Assembly: GCF_009914755.1 (NCBI RefSeq)
Contig: NC_060926.1
DNA: 64,000 nucleotides
Direction: 5' to 3' (one strand)
Origin: the human T2T-CHM13v2.0 reference genome, Homo sapiens
The number at the start of each line of letters is the position of its first letter. The first letter of the stretch is position 1. This document shows positions 1-12,300 of this stretch, in pieces. Below the pieces are notes generated by a model. The model was not told where the DNA came from. It ran no database searches and saw nothing but the letters and a program-made list of their open reading frames with translations. The translations under genes and the position numbers were made by a program.

Positions 1-890
1 GAGAAAGTGAGCTTCGGTGCAGTGATTGTCATCTTTATGTTCCTGAACATAGCTTTCCCTCTAATTACCCTTTAAAGGCCACTTCTGGTTCATCTCAGTT
101 CTTTACAATACCTCTGACTCCATGGGTGATGGTTTACAATATGTATTTTTAGGATGTGGAATTGAATTTATAACATTTATAGGTTATTGAAGAAATTAAT
201 GAAAAGTATGTATATAGTTTATGTATAGAATAAAAGGTAATTGCAAAAGAAATCCTTCCTCTGTGTATTTTTGAGAAGATGATAGTCATTATTGCATCTG
301 TCTAATCTAAGACCTACTCATTCTCCCTCAACTCATGCCATGCTGCTGAAAATGTTGGTGTTGGATTATTCTGCTCCCATCTAATCCATGTAGTTGACTG
401 TTTTTCTTTATGAGGATGTCCAAAATAGCAGCAAGTCTAACTATGTGCTTTCAACAAGGAAAGGTATTATCATCTTTACCTAAAATGATTATTGACATAA
501 TACAAATATGATTGAACCACACAAAAATTAGATCCCCACTGAAGATTTGGTAGACTGTTCATTATTTGTCTTTTCTGTGGAGTCATCTTGGGTCCAACAT
601 CTACCTGAATTTAATGTTGGATTATACCTTCAGGAAAGAATATGCGAGAGTGCTGCTTTGCTGATGAGGCGATATCCATATCTATTGGGTCAGTTTTATA
701 GTTTCTGCAGATCAGGAAAGCTGCCAAGTAAAATAGTATAGAGATGTGTGTTAATCCAGGCTGTCCAATAGGCAGACTCCAAAACAAGATTAAAGGCAAT
801 GCATTAGAGAAAACGACTGTGAGAGAAAATACAGTGGTGCTGGGAGAGCCAGTTTGCCATGATGCAGGTCTGACCTGGACTGAAGGAGAC

Positions 891-988
891 AAGGAAGGGA
901 GGAAGGGAGGAATGGAGGAAAGCAGGAAGGGAGAAAGGGAGGAAGGGAGGGAGAGAGGTAGGGAGAAAAGGAGGGAGGGAGGGAGGAG
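891..988. repeat. GA-rich (GGAA/GGGA)n low-complexity tract
   Basis: Seen directly: aaggaagggaggaagggaggaatggagg...gagggagggagggaggag. It explains the low-complexity ORFs 611..991, 744..1013 and 804..1160. Confidence 0.9.
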
Positions 989-1189
989 CAAATATTTTAG
1001 AATGCAGTCCTAAGAGGAATTCAGGAAGGCCATTGGAGGATCGTTGAGCCTGTCCCAATTTGCCTGTCCCACATTTCCCAAGAAGGGGCCTGCTTTGTAT
1101 CTCTGCTGCAGTCATCACAGGCTGGGAGCAACCCACAAGAAGCATGGACCAAGTGGTCATTTTCAGACTTTAATAAGAGAAGATGATAT

Positions 1190-1335
1190 GCTTTAATATG
1201 CATAGAAATCACTCAGGGTTTTTGTTCAAATGCACATTCTGATTCAGTGGCTCTGGGGAGGGACATGAGCTTCTGTGGCTCCAAGTTCCAGGAGCTGCTT
1301 ATGGCACTGGCCCCTGGACCACAGGTTGGGTCACA
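1190..1335. mobile_element. MER5A-type hAT-Charlie DNA transposon remnant
   Basis: aaatgcacattctgattcagtggctctgggg...ggcccctggaccaca resembles the MER5A1 consensus as recalled. Confidence 0.65.
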
Positions 1336-1614
1336 ATGGTAGGAACACTTAGCTATTGGTCAGTCCATCCACATTTGTGGATTCATTGCTGTTCCATTCA
1401 CTGGCAACCTGGGAAGCCCAGTTCCGCAGAGCTTTTGTACCAGCCCAACTCATAGGCCACTGTCTAGTCTATAGATGACTGCTCTGTGCCACGTGATCAT
1501 GCCTGGACCAACATTCTGCGAACGGAGTCCTGGGATAAAGTTGTACAGAGTGGCAACTTTGCATAATAGTCAGTGTTTTAAAATAAAGTAGATTAATGGA
1601 AAACTAGAGGTATA

Positions 1615-2165
1615 TATAGCAAGGCCAACAGATGAGAAGGTGACTGCCATTGAAAAGACAGTTGGTATACTCACAGTTCCCAAGAGGAGGGGCACTCCAT
1701 GTAGTGGGGCCCACATTGGATAGCACCAGGGCTGTCAGGAAGCAGAGGGAGTGCAGGGACTGTGATAAGAGCTTCTATCATGGTTTTCCAGGGAAGAAAT
1801 GGATAAGGCAGGGTAAGCAGGCTTAAGATTGGCTAGTTATAATAACTGGCATAGTGGCCAGCTTTAATTATCTGGTACCTGGCTTAGGGGTGATTAGGAC
1901 AGAAGGATAGTGATCCTGTGTGTAGGAGCTTGTAAAGGAGGTAGTTGAGGTGTGGACTCTGGATTGGTCTGTTTGTGTTTGAAAAGCACATCCCTGGGGA
2001 AGGGGATTCCTCCTGAGGAGGAGGGCGGCTGAGTGGGAGACAGGAGGCCAAGGCAAGGTGACCCAGGCCTATCATTAGGTTGTTCAAAGCAAAGCATACC
2101 CTTCATAACCACTCAAGGCAGAAGTTACAGCTTCACATTACAGAAGCTAGAATGAGGCTAACACA
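1615..2165 (-). mobile_element. Solo ERVL-class LTR (MER76-like)
   Basis: aggccaacagatgagaaggtgactgccattgaaaagacagt...cacagttcccaagaggagggg...ggcagggtaagcaggcttaagattggctagtt resembles a recalled ERVL LTR consensus and ends in ...taacaca. Exact family and strand are uncertain. Confidence 0.5.
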
Positions 2166-3595
2166 GTCATTGGCTTTGTTTCAGAACTGAGTCGTGGCCA
2201 CAAAAAGCCCTCAGATGCCTCTTCTTCAAAAACTTCACCATTTACACACAAGGGGGATTTTCTTTAGATGTTGGATATGTCCTTGGGTAAACCATTTTCT
2301 GGTCAGATTAGGCATCTTCTTTCCTTCTTTTGGATTCTTTAACGTTCCTGAATAAAAACTGATTCTAATTCTTGATTCTATGCTAATGGAAACCAATTAA
2401 AACAAGTCCTGTATTTCTCCAAGTAGACTGAACCTACCTGCCTGTGATTCTCTGTGATTCTGACTCTCAAACGCTGCTTTGTGGAAAGCACAGGGAGATG
2501 TGGAGACACATAGATAACTACTCAGGAGGGAGGTTTGAAAAAGCCCACAGACAGACTTCTCCATTAGCATTTACCACACAAAATGCTTCGGAGAGTGGAC
2601 ATTCTTCTCTTCAGCACTCACTCTTTTACAGGGCTCTTTCAGGTTTTAGGATGACCTCCTGATGAAAACCTGATTCAGTGCTAATGGACTGTAAGCTCTT
2701 GTAGCCTGGGAATGTTGTGGAAGCTACTGCAAGATGACCCAGCCTCCGGGCTCAGTAGGCAGCTAATAGTAAAAATATCTGAATCAGAAAGGAGTCCTGC
2801 ACAGTAAATTTCAAGAAAGGTGAATTAGCAACCTTAAACTCTGCAGACCCACTCATCTCCAGAGGTTTGAAAGAACTAACAATCACATAATTGGTGTTTT
2901 CTGAAGAAAGTTTTGTTTACTTCAGTTTAACAATACAAGCTCAGCTGGCAGACTCCAGGTGCCTCAAGATATTTGAGAGGGCAGCACAGTACATAATCGT
3001 ATCCTTGAAAGGAAAATAGATAACCCCTCCAGGAACTGAGTATTCTCATTCATACAAAATCTGGCCTGTTTGTCAACCCTCGTCTTACAATGACAGCTAG
3101 CAATGGGAGAGAAATTACAAATGGCTCTCACTCCAGTGCCAGAAAGTAACCTTCCGGCTTCTCTTCAAACCACAGAAAATAGAGCCACCTTAATACAAAG
3201 TCAAAGAATTGCCAGCCTTGGGGAGGTCAAACTCCAGTCATGTATTATAGTTCAGGGATTTTTAGAACATAAATCATACCAGAAATTCCACTGTCTTTCT
3301 CCCTTGGCAACAAATTCCCATAACTTTGGGGTTCGGTGATTTGAAAATTCTGGAGTGAAGTTTGATGGAATAAGCTTAGTCAGATTCAGAGCTGTCCTGT
3401 GAGCAGCTAGCTTTGCCACTTAGGCAGGCAGGTGGTTTAAACTGCATGAAGTCATAAATCCCCGCTTCCTCCTTTGTGATTGTAATAAGGGCCTGAATTA
3501 GGTAATAAATGGGAATAAAGTTCCTGTAAAGTTATAATTACCCTTCAAATAGGAGATTAATTTCCAAACCTGAATTTTTCTTACTATGTTTAAAT

Positions 3596-3745
3596 CCATT
3601 TTTTTCTGTTTCCTTTTTCTTCCTCTTTTTCTTTCTCCTTTTTTCTGTCTTCTTTCCTCTCTCTCTACTTCTTTCCCTCTCCCTCCCTTCCTTTCATTAA
3701 TCTTTGCTTTTGTCCTTCCTTCCTTTCATTCTTCCTTTTCTGTTT
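3596..3745. repeat. CT-rich low-complexity tract
   Basis: Polypyrimidine run seen directly. Confidence 0.8.
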
Positions 3746-3824
3746 TGATTTATGTGTGGCGAAATTGATTACTTTCGAAAGATGATTTGGGCTAAAATAA
3801 TTACCCCAGTCAACAAATTGAGCC

Positions 3825-4045
3825 AGCATTGTAGAACCAGGCTTTCTGGGATCAAATTCTGTCTCCTCTAAGTGGCTGTGTAAACATGAGCAAGTTACTT
3901 AACATATTTGTATAATAGTTTCCTCATCTTAAAAAGTAAGAAAGATAATAGTATCTACTTCACATGGTTCTTGTAATAAAAAGTTAGTATTTGCAAAACA
4001 ATTAAAATAGCGACTGGTTTACAGTAAGTGCTGTATTTGTTAAAG
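3825..4045 (+). mobile_element. MIR SINE
   Basis: MIR core gctgtgtaaacatgagcaagttacttaac...agtttcctcatct...ataatagtatctacttcacatggtt. Confidence 0.8.
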
Positions 4046-4192
4046 TACCTTAAAGTGTTACTTGAAAAATGACAAGATAAACTGAGTTTAGATTTCAGTT
4101 TTCTGAGGGAAATCCCTGTCCACTTGTATTTACTTTTTAAATTCTTTCTCTCTTTTTAAATTTCTGGTTTTGCTTTTTGTTGCTGTGTTTTA

Positions 4193-4283
4193 TAAACAGG
4201 GCTCTGTTGCCCAGGCTGGAGTGCAGTGGCACACTCAGGCTCACTGCATTCTCAAACTCTTGGGCTCAAGTGATTCTCCTGCC
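4193..4283 (-). mobile_element. Old Alu monomer fragment (FLAM/AluJ-like)
   Basis: ctctgttgcccaggctggagtgcagtggc...tgggctcaagtgattctcctgcc. Confidence 0.8.
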
Positions 4284-4296
4284 AGGCTTCTGCTAA

Positions 4297-4597
<301 letters not shown>

Positions 4598-5148
4598 TAA
4601 ATAAAACAATTTTAAACTAAATTAGTTAAGCTGGAGCTCATGTGTATAAATTGAGTCTCAGTACTCAATTTATGCCTGGGCAAGTGCTGCCCTGTCCCTT
4701 CTCAGGGAAACTTATGGGTTGGAGCACCCTCCTTTATAGAAAATACCCTGTGCCTAGAATCGTCCAGGGCCAGCAGTGTGGTCAGAGGAGAGACCTGAGC
4801 TGGACTTGGACCTGGAGCTAGATGGGAACCTGACCTGTTTTCTGCCTCAGGGCACTCTCCAACCTGCTGTTCTACCGTGCAGAGTTAAGCAGCGCTCCAA
4901 GAAGTTCCAAGGCTTACCACTATGAGGTCGTCCTGGGGCACCATGGGCAGGTTGACACTAATTCCTGAAGGCAACCTGGCCAGTGAATCATTCTCCCTGG
5001 CCAAAGCAGTATTTCTTTTTCAGAATCATATGAACGGTGCTGATACACTAATATTGCAGGACTCAAATTGTTTAAAGAGACAGGAGTCCACCAAATATAT
5101 TTGTCCTGCACAACTTAATGATAGCCCTGTGTAGCCTAAGGTCACCTT

Positions 5149-5318
5149 CCTGTCTTTTTTTCTTTTCTTTTCTTTTTCCTTCCTTCCTTCCTTCTTTCCT
5201 TCCTTCCTTTCTTCCTTCCCTCCTTTCCTTCTTTCCTCTCTCTTTCTTTTCTCTTTCTTTCTTTCTTTTTCTCTTTCTTTCTCCTTCCTTCCTCCCTTCC
5301 TTTCTTCCTTTATTTATT
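5149..5318. repeat. (TTCC)n/(TTTC)n low-complexity microsatellite
   Basis: Seen directly; plausibly the decayed tail of the adjacent minus-strand L1 fragment (inference). Confidence 0.9.
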
Positions 5319-5324
5319 TTGTAT

Positions 5325-5700
5325 ACCTTTATTTATTCACATTAAAATTTGGCCATTTTAAGTATACAGCAAGATATCTGTTTATTTATCTTAAACATTT
5401 TTTTCTCTCTTCTTTGGATTGGGTATTGATCTATATTGAATTTTATTTGTTTGGTCATTATCTGTATATTTTTAATTATTTGAACATATTTTCCTCTAAT
5501 TCTTTGAACATATTTTCCTTAAATTTGAGAATATTTAGACTAGCTACTTGAAAGTCTTTGTCTGCTAAGTCCACTCCTAGTCAATTTCTACAGGCTGTTT
5601 TATTCCCATCTGTGCATTGGTAACTGAGTTTTGGCTACTACCAAAAGTTTTAGAACATTTCTATTATCCCCCAAATTTTCCCTGTGCCTCTTTGCAATCA
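5325..5700 (-). mobile_element. Old L1M 3'-end fragment, interrupted by a duplicated segment at 5372-5625
   Basis: aaaatttggccattttaagtatacag and ttttagaacatttctattatcccccaaattttccctgtgcctctttgcaatca resemble L1MB/MC/ME 3' UTR ends. Confidence 0.6.
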
Positions 5701-5759
5701 CTGCTGTGAAATAAAGGTGAAATAAAGACTGTGGTTAGAGGCTTAGATGTCTGTAATTG

Positions 5760-8040
5760 TTATAGGTTTATGATTGGTTATTCCCTTTTATCATTAAATA
5801 TGAAATCTCTTTCTTTAATACATTTCATTTCTTGACGGCTATTTGATCTGGAATTGGTGTAGTCATTCTAGTTCTCTTTTATTTATTGTTCGTTTGGTTT
5901 TAACATTTTTTTCTCCCTTTATTTTCAACCTATTTATGTCTTTGCATTAGAATTATGTCTCTTGTTAATATTAAATAATTGGAGATTATTTTTTACATAG
6001 TCCAAAAATCTCTACTGCTGGATGTGTTTAGTGAATTCACATTTAATATAGTAATTGGTATGATTGGATTTAGATAAGGAATTTGATTACTTATTTTCTA
6101 TTTCCGTCATTTATTTTTTATTCCTCTATTCTTTCTATCTTCGATGAATTTTAATAGCCATTTTACCCCCCTAGTTAAGTTTCAGCTATATTTATTTTTT
6201 AAAAGTGATTGCTATAGCGATTATAACATGCATCTTGAATTGATTATAATCTAATGGTAATTTACCCTGACTTCTGATAAAATGTGGGAATTTTGCACAA
6301 GTACGGGTCCATTTTCCCCCATTATTTTTGCATTGTCATGTATATTATATCTGTGCATTATAATATGCATTATAAACCCCCAAATATAGTATAACTTTGC
6401 TTCACACAATTCTAAATCTTAAAGAAGAAAGGAAATACATATGTGTGTGTATTTTATATATTTACACCATACTTACCATTTCTGATGCTCTTCATGTCTT
6501 CCAATGTAGATAAGTTAGCATTTGTGTTATTTTTCTTCCACCAAAGGACTTCTTTTAGTATGCTTTATAGTGCAATTCTCCTAGCAACAATTTTTTTTTA
6601 ACTGTTAGCAATTTCAGTGTCTCCTTTGGCTTCCATTGTTTCTGAAGAGAATTCTGCCACTAATCATATAGTTTTCCTTTGTATATGATTTGTCATTTTT
6701 CTTTGGTTGCTTTTAAGATTTTCTCTTTATTTTTGGCTATTAGAAATTAGACCGTCATGTGTCCAGGTGCAGTCTCCTTTGTGTTTATACTATTCGGGGT
6801 TTGTTGAACTTCTTGATGCATTAGTTAATATTTTTCATGATTTGGAAGGGAGGTATACTAACTACTATGCCACATATACCTATACCTCAGTATTTGTCAC
6901 CAATTTGGGAAGGTGTTGCCCATTTTAGTTAAAATATGGTTTTTCTCCTTTCTCTCTATCTTCTGTGACTCTAATTGTATGAGAGTTGGAATGCTTAATA
7001 GTGTGTCACAGATCTCTGTTTATTTATCTTAAACATTTTTTCCTCTCTCTTCTTTGGATTGGATATTGATCTGTTCTGAAGTTTATTTGTTTGATCTTTA
7101 TCTGTATTTTTTATTATTTGAACATATTTAATTTTCTTTAATTCCTTGAATGTATTTTTCTTAAATTCGAGAATATTTGGAATACCTACTTGAAAGTCTC
7201 TGTCTGCTAAGTCCACACACTCCTAGTCAATTTCTACAGACTGTTTTATTCCCCTCTGTGCATGGATAACTTTTCTGTTTCTCTGCATGACTAGTAATTT
7301 TGTGAGAAACTAGACAATGGAGATGATATGATGCAGATGTTATGTTGCAGTTACTTTCATGTCAGTTTCAGGTCCCCCCTGCAACCAAAGGGTTGTTGTG
7401 TTTTTGTTTTAATAGGCAGTTAAGTTCCCTGGACGTAAGTGGAAAATCTGCTGCTCTGAAGGAGGCAGTCCTTGATATGTCCATTTAGTGTTTGATAGCC
7501 TGGTTCCCTTGTAGAGTTTCAGGGTCAGCCAATGACATACACAGAGGTTATGCTAACCTCTTACTTACTGGGTTAGGCTTACTGGCCCCATGCAGTAAGG
7601 CTTCCATCCTCTGCCACCCGAGCTGTTTGTTGGTTGGTAAATAGACTCAGAGACAACAAATCCTTAATTCCCCCTAGGCTTTCAGTCTTTACCTGGATCA
7701 TTACTGTGCCTCACCTGCAGGGGAGTTTAGGAGTAAACTGAGGATGTATGGAGAGTTTATTATTTCAACCTTTTTACATTTCCCTAACTTCCAAAATTTT
7801 ACACTTAAATTTCTTATTCCTTTGCCACCTGCCCTGAACTGAGTCTGCAAACACCAAATGTAAAGCTATTGGATTTTGCCACCCTATATGAAGCAGTAGG
7901 AATGTCCCAGCCAGTGGCCACAAAATCACTATTCTTACCTGATGAATTAGCAGGCTTCATGCACAAACAATGTTCAAATTGTTACCTGCCTTTTATCTTC
8001 TTTTGATGTCTGGAAATAATTATTTTGAATAATTTTGACC
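5760..8040 (-). mobile_element. Degenerate old L1M element (5' UTR, ORF1 and start of ORF2 remnants)
   Basis: T-rich plus strand typical of antisense L1; the ORF 6995..7216(-) peptide (DLADRDFQVGI...KKREEKMFKINKQRS) resembles old L1 ORF1p; ccttttattttcaacctatttatgtc resembles antisense endonuclease region. Confidence 0.7.
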
Positions 8041-8053
8041 AATTTTAAACTTT

Positions 8054-8141
8054 TCTCCCATCCAAGTACTAACTAGGCCCAACCCTACTTAGCTTCCAAG
8101 ATTAGATGAGATGGGTGTATTCAGGGTGATATGGCCATAGA
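8054..8141 (-). pseudogene. 5S rRNA retropseudogene, 3'-truncated and tailless
   Basis: The reverse complement matches about nt 2-90 of vertebrate 5S rRNA (TCTAtGGCCATAtCACCCTGAA...GGAAGCTAAG...GTTAGTACTTGGATGGGAGA) with CpG decay; 13-bp TSD caattttaaactt at 8040-8052 and 8143-8155. Confidence 0.95.
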
Positions 8142-8311
8142 GCAATTTTAAACTTGCTTTCTAAACAGTGTAATCACCCACATTTTCTATCAAGGCATTA
8201 TTCAAAGTACAATTTTTTTCATTTTATTTTAAGGGATTTAAATCATTCATGGTATCAGAATATATGTAAGTTTTGTTTGTTTTTGAATGATTATTAGTTA
8301 CATTTATTTCC

Positions 8312-8622
8312 TTTTTTTTTTTTTTTTTTTTTTTTTTTGAGACAAGGTCTTACTCTCTTGCCCAGCCTGGAGAGCAATGGCATAATCACAGCTCACTGCC
8401 GCCTTGACCTCCCAGGCTCAAGGGATCCTCCCACCTCAGCCTCCCGAGCAACTGTGACCACAGGCACGCACCACCACTCTCAGCTAATTTTTTGTATTAT
8501 TTGTAGAGACAGGGTTTTGTCATGTTGCCCAGGACATATCTTGAACTCTTGAGCTCAAGTGATCTGTCTGCCTCAGCCTCCTGAAGTGCTGGGATTACAA
8601 GCGTAAGCCACCACGCTTGGCC
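8312..8622 (-). mobile_element. AluJ
   Basis: Poly-T tail; AluJ-type cacagctcactgccgccttgacctcccaggctcaag; gagctcaagtgatc; ends gcttggcc. Confidence 0.92.
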
Positions 8623-8714
8623 TTATTCACTACTTTTAAAGGACCCTGAAAAGCCTATGAAAAAGATATCATGGATATAAAGATTAACTTATGTAGGTAC
8701 AATTATAAATCCTT

Positions 8715-8850
8715 TACATGTAGTAGTTCTTTTTATCCTCACAGCTAATACTTACCCCCATGAGGCAGTAATAATATTTTTCTCACTTTCCAGAAGAGTA
8801 AACTAAGCAGAAACAAGATGAATGACTTGCCCAAGGTCATCTACTCAGGA
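8715..8850 (-). mobile_element. MIR SINE
   Basis: atcctcacag...catgaggcag...gagtaaactaagcag...tgacttgcccaaggtca. Confidence 0.7.
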
Positions 8851-10070
8851 TTTCAAGTTCAAGCAGAGTGGGATAATCACTTTGTATCATTAGAGAGGCA
8901 AACCTAAGATAATATCAAAAGTTATCAAGGACTGTCATTTACCTTCAAAGCAACACTACTGAAAACCTCCAAAGGGTGTACAATAAGGATCCCTGATATT
9001 TCCTAGTGTCTTCCTCAAACTTTATCGCATTAAATAACTCAGGTTCTCTAAGCCTTTGGGGCGTATTTGTCACTTTTTTAAACAATACTGTTTATTTCTC
9101 TAATTAATCCCCATATTTAACATAGTGAACCAGTGAAGAATAAAAAGCAGTAGGTTACATTGAGATTATGCACTAATTTGTTGAGACTGAGAATTTGGGG
9201 ACAATAGGAAGTTTTACTGCGACACATATCTGAAAGGGCATAATAAAGTGAGTTGTTAAAAAATTAATTACATTGCTATAGGATTGATATTTTAATTGCA
9301 AGTAGAGGATTTGGAGAGAGTAGAATTCAGTATCATATGCAAATAAATCTAGGCTTGATCAATGAGGCATAAAAGGAAAGATAAAATCTTCTAATAATTT
9401 ATGCTAGGAAAACTATTCTCCAAATACTGCAAAGTAGGCATACATATATTATATGCATTTTATAATTTGAAGTTTTTGATGATATACAGACACATAATAA
9501 ATATAACAAAAATCTTCTAGTATATATTTGACCAAAAATAATTTAACTAAAATATGTAACCATTTCATTAAAAAAGTTATTATTATTTTTTTACTTTCTG
9601 TCTTATTTAGAGTATCTTAGAAAACAGATCCTGAGGTAGAGCTAGAGCTAGCACCGTGAGGATTATTCTGGAACCTGATTCTTATTCAGAAGTTGTCCAG
9701 ACAACCAGGAGAGTTTGTGGATGAGGCAGCAGTGGAAGCTGGGAATCTCTATGAACAAAGCCTGAGTACGAGGAGACAGTGATATCCAGAGGGTCTGAGA
9801 GGAAATGTCAATTGTGCCAGACACACATACTTTGTGTCACTTCATTTATTTTTATAAGTTATAATTTTATATGCCTCAAAGTAGCAACACAGTTGCTTTC
9901 TATCTCTATGCCTCACTGCATTTCTCTTTTCTTGACCCTGTCTGTATTGATCTATTTCATTATCAACAGTATTTTCCCACTAGATATCAATTGAAAATTG
10001 ATAAATTCCTTGAAATTGACCTTGCATCCTCTCTTACTGCCTATATATATGACAGTATATGTGATATGGT

Positions 10071-10515
10071 TGTGATGGTTAATACTGAGTGTCAACTTGA
10101 TTGGATTGAAAGATGCAAACTACTGTTCCTGGGTGTATCTGTGAGGCTGTTGCCAAAGGAGATTAACATTTGAGTCAGTGGACTGGGAGAAGCAGACCCA
10201 CCCTCAATCCGGGTGGGCACCATCTAATAAGCAGCCAGTGTGGCCAGAATAAAAGGCAGGCAGAAGAATGTGGAGAGATTAAACTGGCTTAGCCTCCCAG
10301 CCTCATCTTTCTCCTGTGCTGGATGCTTTCTGTCCTTGAACATTGGACTCCAAGTTCTTCAGCTTTGGGACTCGGACTGGCTTCCTTGCTCCTCAGCTTA
10401 CAGATGGCCTATTGCGGGACCTTGTGATACTGTGAGTTAATACTCCTTAATAAACTCCCCTTTATATATATCTATCCTATTATTTCTGTCCCTCTAGAGA
10501 ACTCTGACTAATATA
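10071..10515 (+). mobile_element. MLT2A1-type 5' LTR of HERV-L
   Basis: Starts tgtgatggttaatactgagtgtcaacttgattggattgaa; AATAAA near 10449; ends ctctagagaactctgactaatata; about 445 bp; directly followed by HERV-L internal start gattttggtacc. Confidence 0.93.
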
Positions 10516-10607
10516 GATTTTGGTACCAAGAGTGGTTCCAGAGGAACAGAATATTAAAGACAAAGTTCTTTTGTTGATTTTGGAGTTTCTGGAGTTGGCT
10601 GCTTAAT

Positions 10608-12300
10608 ATGATGAACCCAAAAATGTTAAGGACTCTACTTCTAATAGTATGGAGAACACTAATAGTCCTTGGTGTGAACTGTGTAGAGATTTATGCAAAA
10701 TAAATGCATTTGACACTCCTGATTCACCACTCGTGAGAGTCAAGGTGTTTGGTGACTCTAAACATAATACCTTTGACTATATGTGGAGAACCAAGGAACA
10801 TAATGAAGTTGGTTGGTTGCTCCTAAGTTCACTGGACAAAGTGATGAAAGAAAATGAAGAACACAGGGATTCTAACTCCCGGCTTCAGAAGCAAATACTG
10901 AACATCAAATCTGCTAAGATTGCCCTGAGTGAGAGTCTTATCTCCTGTAGAGAAAGCGCTGAAATTTTGGAACACCAGACACAACCTCTTATCATGCGAG
11001 TGGCTGACCTGCAATGAAAGGTGCATGCACAGCCTCACCAGGTGTCTACCGTTAAAGTGAGGACATTGACTGGAAAAGAATAGGACCCTGCGACTTGGAA
11101 TGGGGATGTGTGGGAGGACCCTGATGAAGCTGGAGACTCTGAGTTTGTAAACTCTGATTAACTTTTTTTGCCAGAAGAAACAGCTTCCCCATTCCCATTA
11201 GTGGCAACATCCCCTCCCGGTCCCATGCTGCCATCGCCTTTCCACCTTTGTCTGAAGTGATAAACCTTGCACTGCCTGAGGCAATAATGATGGCCTCCCC
11301 TGAGGCAGTTGCCAGACAAAACAATATTGATTCTCCTCAGGACCCTCCCCTAACACCCCTGTTTGCTTCTAGACCTATAACTAAACTAAAATCCCACCAG
11401 GCTCCTACAGGTGAGGTTCAGAGTGTGACCCACAAGGAGGTACATGCCACTTGAAAAGAACTACTTGAGTTTTCTAATTAATATAAGCAGAAATCTGGAG
11501 AACAGGAATGGGAATGGATATTAAGGGTGTGGAATGATGGTGGAAGGAACACAGAGTTGAATCAGGCTGAATTTATTTATTTGGGCCCACTAAGTAGGGA
11601 TTCTGCATTTTATGTTGCAGCTCAGGGAGTTAAAAAAGTTTCTAATAATTTATTTCCTTGGTTAGCTGAAATATAGATTAAAAGATGACTCACTGTGAGT
11701 GAGCTGGAAATGCCTAATCTCCCTTGGTTTAATGTAGAGGAAGGGATCCAAAGGCTGAAGGAGATTGAGATGGTAGAGTGGATTACTCACTCCAGACCTA
11801 CTAATCGCAGCTGGGAGAGTCCAGAAGATATATCCTTGACCAATACTTATGAAATAGATTTGTGATGGCAGCACCTGCATCTTTGAGGAGGCCTGTAATT
11901 GCTCTTCTCTGCATGTCAGATCTAACAATGGGAACTGCAGTCACTCAACTACAACATTTAAATGCAATGGGAATAATTGGATCTCAAGTTGGCTAGGGCC
12001 AAGTGGCAGCACTCAACCAACAAAGGTAAGGTGGGTGTAGCTGCCATAATGGACAGCAGAGGCAAAGCAGCAGTTAGAATAGTCTGACTTGTGTAGAGCT
12101 CTGACATGGGCTAACTAATCACGGTGTTCCTAAAAGTGAAATTTGTAGGAAGTCTCCTGCATTCCTACTTAATTTATATAAGCAGAAAACTTGCAGGTCA
12201 AAAGACTAATTTGAATTCTAAAAACAGAGAATCACTGATCCTCAATCAATTTCCAGACTTGAACCAGTTTACATATCCAGAACTACTTGAATGAAGGAGA
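10608..12300 (+). pseudogene. gag: HERV-L gag remnant (multiple stops and frameshifts)
   Basis: Fragments MENTNSPW...EVGWLLLSSLDKVMKEN and DSPQDPPLTPLFASRPITKLKS resemble ERV-L Gag. Boundaries are approximate. Confidence 0.8.

Noticed and set aside
611-1160. Overlapping 89-126 aa ORFs and a possible ancient LTR around them
   Set aside because: The ORFs are translations of the GA-rich repeat. The flanks look LTR-like (gatgcaggtctgacc) but I cannot assign a family.
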